The translations under genes and the position numbers were made by a program. A DNA stretch of 64,000 bases from a bacterium. Its GTDB lineage: Bacteria > UBA8248. This document shows positions 59,726 to 64,000 of this stretch, piece by piece; position 1 is the first letter of the stretch; each line of letters starts with the position of its first letter. The stretch spans positions 3,616,001-3,680,000 of the forward strand of contig CBDBZU010000004.1 in the NCBI GenBank assembly GCA_965213625.1, read 5' to 3'. Under the pieces are notes generated by a model, which was given only the letters and a program-made list of their open reading frames with translations, had not been told where the DNA came from and made no database searches.

Positions 59726-60457
59726 ATGTGCGGACGCTTCACCCTCACCAAACCGATACCCTGGCTCGCAGAGATTCTGGACGTAAAAAACCCCGAAAGC
59801 GTGGGAAGCGTTCCGCCGCGCTACAACGTCGCGCCGGGAACGGAGGTCCTCATCGTTCGCGCGAAAGAAGCTACTGATACGAATGCGCGCGAACTCGCCC
59901 TCGCCCGCTGGGGTCTGGTGCCCTTCTGGGCGAAAGACCCCGATTTCGGGGCCAAAACGATTAACGCGCGCTCGGAGACCGCCGCCCAAAAACCCGCCTT
60001 CCGCGCCGCATTCCGCTACAGGCGATGCCTCATCCCAGCGGATGGCTTTTACGAGTGGGCCGGGAGCCGGAGAAAAAAACAGCCCTTCTTCATTCACCTG
60101 GAAGAGAGAAAACCCTTCGCATTCGCGGGTCTCTGGGAGAGCTGGACTGGGGCGGACGGGAGCATTCTCGAGACCTGTACGATCCTCACGACGGATGCGA
60201 ACGAGAAGCTGGCCGAACTGCACCACAGAATGCCCGTCATCCTGCCCGAGGTGTCCTATGCGGACTGGCTGAACCCGGGCGAGAACCGCTCAAAAAACCT
60301 GCAGCCGCTCCTCAAGCCGTATCCCTCGGAGGCCTTTGCGTATTACCCCGTGAGCGAGCGTGTCAACAGTCCCAGAAACGACGACGCAGCGTGCATTGAA
60401 AAACGAGCTAAAGAAGAGAAACCCCCGGAACTTCAAGGGTCGCTATTCGGGGATTGA
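59726..60457 (+). CDS. SOS response-associated peptidase (SRAP/YedK/HMCES)
   Basis: MCGRF N-terminus, RYNVAP, WGLVP.W, INARSET, GFYEW, HHRMPVIL, VNS. Confidence 0.95.
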   Translation: MCGRFTLTKPIPWLAEILDVKNPESVGSVPPRYNVAPGTEVLIVRAKEATDTNARELALARWGLVPFWAKDPDFGAKTINARSETAAQKPAFRAAFRYRRCLIPADGFYEWAGSRRKKQPFFIHLEERKPFAFAGLWESWTGADGSILETCTILTTDANEKLAELHHRMPVILPEVSYADWLNPGENRSKNLQPLLKPYPSEAFAYYPVSERVNSPRNDDAACIEKRAKEEKPPELQGSLFGD

Positions 60458-60489
60458 GGGTTATGTGCCAGATGAATACAGAGCTTAAT

Positions 60490-60515
60490 GGACAGGCACG
60501 GAGGCCTGGCCCTAC
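60490..60515 (-). repeat. GTAG-type REP-like palindrome
   Basis: Reverse complement reads GTAGGGCCAGGCCTCCGTGCCTGTCC; resembles 21595-21619. Confidence 0.6.
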
Positions 60516-60543
60516 ACACCCACCCTTGCAGAACGCCAACCAA

Positions 60544-60706
60544 CACTCCCCCCTTGAGGGGGAGTCAGTGAACTGAGGGCGTAAGCCCGAAAGTGAACTG
60601 GTGGGGGGTATGATTCGGAATGGCAAGAAAACGCATTTTACCCCCCACCGATTCAGCCTTCGCATAAACCGCTCGGCTTCATCGACTCCCCCTCAAGGGG
60701 GGAGTG
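60544..60706. repeat. 163-bp palindromic repeat element, intact copy 2
   Basis: 23-bp terminal inverted repeats CACTCCCCCCTTGAGGGGGAGTC / GACTCCCCCTCAAGGGGGGAGTG with inner pairing. Confidence 0.85.
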
Positions 60707-60944
60707 AACTTCAAAAGTGTGCATGCAACCAAAATCGCTCCCCGGAGCCTTTTCAACAACCCCGACAAGGGGGGTTGGGGGGGTACTCCCTTGACAAAGG
60801 CTTTTTCAACAACCCCATATACGTCCCCTGCGAACCGTTAGAAAAAACAGGGCGGACACATTCGGGCTTCGCTTCCTCAGCAAAGCCCGACACCCCTACA
60901 GTAGAATCCCCACATCATCCGTAAATCCACTGTAATGGCACAAC

Positions 60945-62165
60945 TCAGGAGATGGACGAACCCTCGGGTTGTTCTTCTATCGGCGCGTCGGTGGTGAGGC
61001 GCTTTTTCGCAGTGGGCGCATAGCCGCCGCCCGCCATGGTGGAGGCGATTTCCAGAATCTCGACCATCGATTCTGGCATTCCCGAGGGATAGGCCTCGTC
61101 GGGACACTTGCTGTTTGTCATGTAGGCGCACGGCTTGCACTCGATGCAGCGGATGACCTCTCCATCGCGCGCTTCGAGCGCCTTGTTCGCATAGTCCGGG
61201 TCCGTGAGCAGGGCGCGCCCCACGCCGACGAAATCGGCGCCCCCATCGAGATACGCCTGAATCCGCGCAGGCTCGAAGGCGGCCCCGTTCGCAACGAGGG
61301 GGACCTCCACCGCCTTTCGCAGACTGTCGAAAGCGGGGTTGTACAAATCGGGCATGACGGGCAGACCCACGCGCGCGTTTCGCGAACAATGGAGAATATC
61401 GACCCCCGCCTCCACGAGCGCAGGCGCAAGTGCCAGCGTATCCTCCACCGTGAAGCCGTTCTCGAAAGGCTCCAGGAGTCCCAGGCGGTAGCTCACCACC
61501 ATCTCGTCGCCCCCGCCCTCGCGCACCGCCTGCGCCACTTCGAGCGGAAAGCGCATGCGGTTCTCAAGCGAGCCGCCGTAACCATCCGTCCGCCGGTTCG
61601 AAGCGGGCGAGAAGAACTGCTGGCACAGATACCAGGTGGCCCCGTGAATCTCGATGATTTTACCGCCCGCCTCGCGCACCCGCCGCGCCGCGTCGCCATA
61701 GGCCCGGACGGCGGTTTTGATGTCCGCCTCGCTCATCTCGCGCGGCACCTCATCCTCGGTGGGATGCGGGACGGGAGAAGGCCCCACCGGCTCCACCCCC
61801 GTGATGGCGCTGAGCGCCGTTCTGCCCGCGTGATAAATCTGAACGGCAAGCGGCGCGCCCGCCACTTCCACCGCCTGGATCAGTTCGCCAAGGGCGGGGA
61901 CGAGCGCGTCGTCGTGCGTGCCGAGCTGGTTGGGAAAGCCCTTGCCCTCCTGGTTGACGTAGGTCGCTTCTGAGAAGCAAATCGCAGAGCCTCCACGGGC
62001 GCGGGCCTTGTAGTGCGCGTGCGACCAGGCGGATGGCGCGCCGTCCTCTTCTGCGCGCGAGGTCGTCATCGCGGACATAAGAATGCGGTGTTTGATGCGC
62101 TGACCGCGAACTTCGATGGGATCCGTAAATTTCGCCATTTCGAGAGTTCTCCCGTAAATCGACAT
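60945..62165 (-). CDS. NADH:flavin oxidoreductase (old yellow enzyme family)
   Basis: RI.MSAM, Y.ARARGG, QI.HAGR, QQFFSP..NRRTD.YGGSLENR.RF, GRALL.DPD, CIECKPC. Confidence 0.9.
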   Translation of the reverse strand: MSIYGRTLEMAKFTDPIEVRGQRIKHRILMSAMTTSRAEEDGAPSAWSHAHYKARARGGSAICFSEATYVNQEGKGFPNQLGTHDDALVPALGELIQAVEVAGAPLAVQIYHAGRTALSAITGVEPVGPSPVPHPTEDEVPREMSEADIKTAVRAYGDAARRVREAGGKIIEIHGATWYLCQQFFSPASNRRTDGYGGSLENRMRFPLEVAQAVREGGGDEMVVSYRLGLLEPFENGFTVEDTLALAPALVEAGVDILHCSRNARVGLPVMPDLYNPAFDSLRKAVEVPLVANGAAFEPARIQAYLDGGADFVGVGRALLTDPDYANKALEARDGEVIRCIECKPCAYMTNSKCPDEAYPSGMPESMVEILEIASTMAGGGYAPTAKKRLTTDAPIEEQPEGSSIS

Positions 62166-62255
62166 ATAAATACCATCGCGGCGAGCACAGCCGCGCCCGC
62201 CGCGATGCGATCTGAAAATCAGGAGGGCGGAAACTGCGCCCGCTCCCCGTTCGTA

Positions 62256-63050
62256 TTAGTTTCTCGCCAGAAATTCCTCGATGTCGCGCAAGGATTCCTC
62301 GAAGCACTGGATGAGGAAGAAGTGGCTCGCCTCCTCGTAAATCTTGATCTCACAACCCGGCACGCGGTCGGCAATCTCCTGCGAGGCGCTCGCCGCGCAA
62401 AGCACGTCCTGCCCGCCCGCGAAAACCTTCGTCGGGCACTTGACCTCGTGCAGCCTGTCGAGCGCGTCGTGCGTGAGACAGGCGTGGGTGGAATGCACGT
62501 AGCCGGGGATGGGGCGATCCGTATCGCCGAGCCCCGCCTCGAACGCGTCGAGTTGTTCCTTGTTCTCGTTGAAATATTGAGGCGGGAAAAAGAAGAGCGA
62601 CTGGTGCATGGCGGCAGGCCCGTAGCCCTGGGCCTTCACCACCTCGTTGATGTTGTAGAGGATCTGGTAGCCGTATCTGTCCAGCTTGCCGAATGAGGCG
62701 GTGATGAGGAGGCTCCGCACGCGGTCGGGATAGTCGAGCGCCATCATCTGTGCGATGGCTCCCCCCATCGAGCGGCCGATGACGTGAGCGGGCTCGGTGA
62801 TGCCCACCGCGTCCATCAAGCCGATGGTGTCGGCCGCGAAATGGCTCGACGTATATGGATAATCGGGCGCGGAACTCCTGCCCGCCCCGCGATTGTCGAA
62901 GGCCAGCACACGGTAGTTCTTCTCCAGGCTCGCGATTTGCGCCTTCCACGCGCTGCAATCGCCCGCGAGGCCGTGGATGAGAACCACGGGCACGCCTTCC
63001 CCGTATTCCTCATAGTAAAGCTCTACATCACCCACCTGAACTTTCGGCAT
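62256..63050 (-). CDS. Alpha/beta fold hydrolase
   Basis: IHGL, DNRGAGRS, GRSMGG, G.QD, ASH. Confidence 0.9.
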   Translation of the reverse strand: MPKVQVGDVELYYEEYGEGVPVVLIHGLAGDCSAWKAQIASLEKNYRVLAFDNRGAGRSSAPDYPYTSSHFAADTIGLMDAVGITEPAHVIGRSMGGAIAQMMALDYPDRVRSLLITASFGKLDRYGYQILYNINEVVKAQGYGPAAMHQSLFFFPPQYFNENKEQLDAFEAGLGDTDRPIPGYVHSTHACLTHDALDRLHEVKCPTKVFAGGQDVLCAASASQEIADRVPGCEIKIYEEASHFFLIQCFEESLRDIEEFLARN

Positions 63051-63158
63051 CTTGTAAATCCTCGTCAGTTAAGAGTCAAAAGCCGCTATTCGACCGCTTG
63101 CGGCTGCTACAGCCTACTGGTGAGACATTGGAAACGCTCTATATCGAGCGCGGGGAAA

Positions 63159-63896
63159 TCAGCTCTTCTTGCCTTCGGCGCCCTCGGCCACCTTGTCCAT
63201 GAACTCCTCGTTGTCGAACACCCAGCCGAGGCAGCGCATGACGTTCTGCATCCCGAAGACGTGCAGGTCGGGCCCGTACATGCTCTTCACGCAATCGGAG
63301 AGCATCACCACCCGGTAGTCGTAGTTGAAGGCGGTGAAGGCGGTGTTCAAAACGCACGTGTTCGTGTTGATGCCCATGAGGCAGACGTTCTTCGTGCCCA
63401 GCGAGTCCAGGAGCATCTGGAGGTCCGTTCCCATGAAGCAGTCGAGGCGCTTCTTGTTGTCGATGACGTAATCGCCCTCTTCCACGAGAGAGGGAATCAT
63501 CTCCGTCGTCACCTCGCCCATGATGTTGTGGTCGTTCACCGTGCTCTTGCGGCCAAGCGTCAAGCGGTTCTTCTCGTCCTGAATATCGTGGAGCGCCTTC
63601 CAGAAGTGGACCCGCATGCCCTCGCTTCCGAGGCCGGGAATTTTCCGGAAGATGAGCTTCACGTGGACGACGGGAATTCCGTGGCTTCTGGCGAAACCGA
63701 GGAGTTCCTCCGCGGCGCCGATGACGCTCTCGCAATCCTCGTCACTCGCCGGCATGGTGGCGACTTCGGGGTCGAGGTGGCCCCGGTGCATGTCGATGGT
63801 GACGATGGTGGTCTCTTTCGGGTCGAGCGAAATCATTTCCTTCAACTGATCCGTCATTTCCGAGCGATCGAGAATCTCTACTTGTTGCGCAGCCAT
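63159..63896 (-). CDS. Isochorismatase-family cysteine hydrolase
   Basis: TIDM, KKR.DCF..TDL, GINTNTCV catalytic Cys, SDC. Confidence 0.9.
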   Translation of the reverse strand: MAAQQVEILDRSEMTDQLKEMISLDPKETTIVTIDMHRGHLDPEVATMPASDEDCESVIGAAEELLGFARSHGIPVVHVKLIFRKIPGLGSEGMRVHFWKALHDIQDEKNRLTLGRKSTVNDHNIMGEVTTEMIPSLVEEGDYVIDNKKRLDCFMGTDLQMLLDSLGTKNVCLMGINTNTCVLNTAFTAFNYDYRVVMLSDCVKSMYGPDLHVFGMQNVMRCLGWVFDNEEFMDKVAEGAEGKKS

Positions 63897-64000
63897 GGCA
63901 CCATCCCCTCTTCTTGAGAATAGATGTACAGGTTCCTGTCGAATGCTCCTAGCATATTACATATCGCCGGGATTGAAAACGGGGGGATGAGCGGACTCGG

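Overview
A gene-dense bacterial chromosomal segment with about 60 CDSs and two tRNAs (Val-CAC, Asn-GTT). It holds housekeeping genes (ilvD, metX, priA, queC, cobB, a cold-shock gene, hpnCDE), many catabolic oxidoreductases and hydrolases, a TRAP transporter and one IS1182-family element with related non-autonomous elements and REP-like repeats. Main points: (1) Four genes that the ORF track breaks or truncates have an in-frame TGA exactly at a catalytic-Cys position, each followed by a short hairpin, so they are probable selenoproteins (a DUF442-type sulfurtransferase, two DsbA/FrnE-like proteins and an exported TlpA-like thioredoxin). The thioredoxin heads a translationally coupled operon with a cytochrome b and a Tat-exported sulfite-oxidase-family molybdoenzyme. 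(2) A long acidic, repetitive protein ends in a domain resembling archaeal/eukaryotic ribosomal protein eL13. (3) Two unusual fusions occur: NUDIX-HpnC-HpnD and MetX-NIL. (4) The IS1182 element sits inside a palindromic repeat, and ~300 bp MITE-like elements share its ends. All calls come from manual reading and motif recognition; no database search was run, and several start codons are best guesses.
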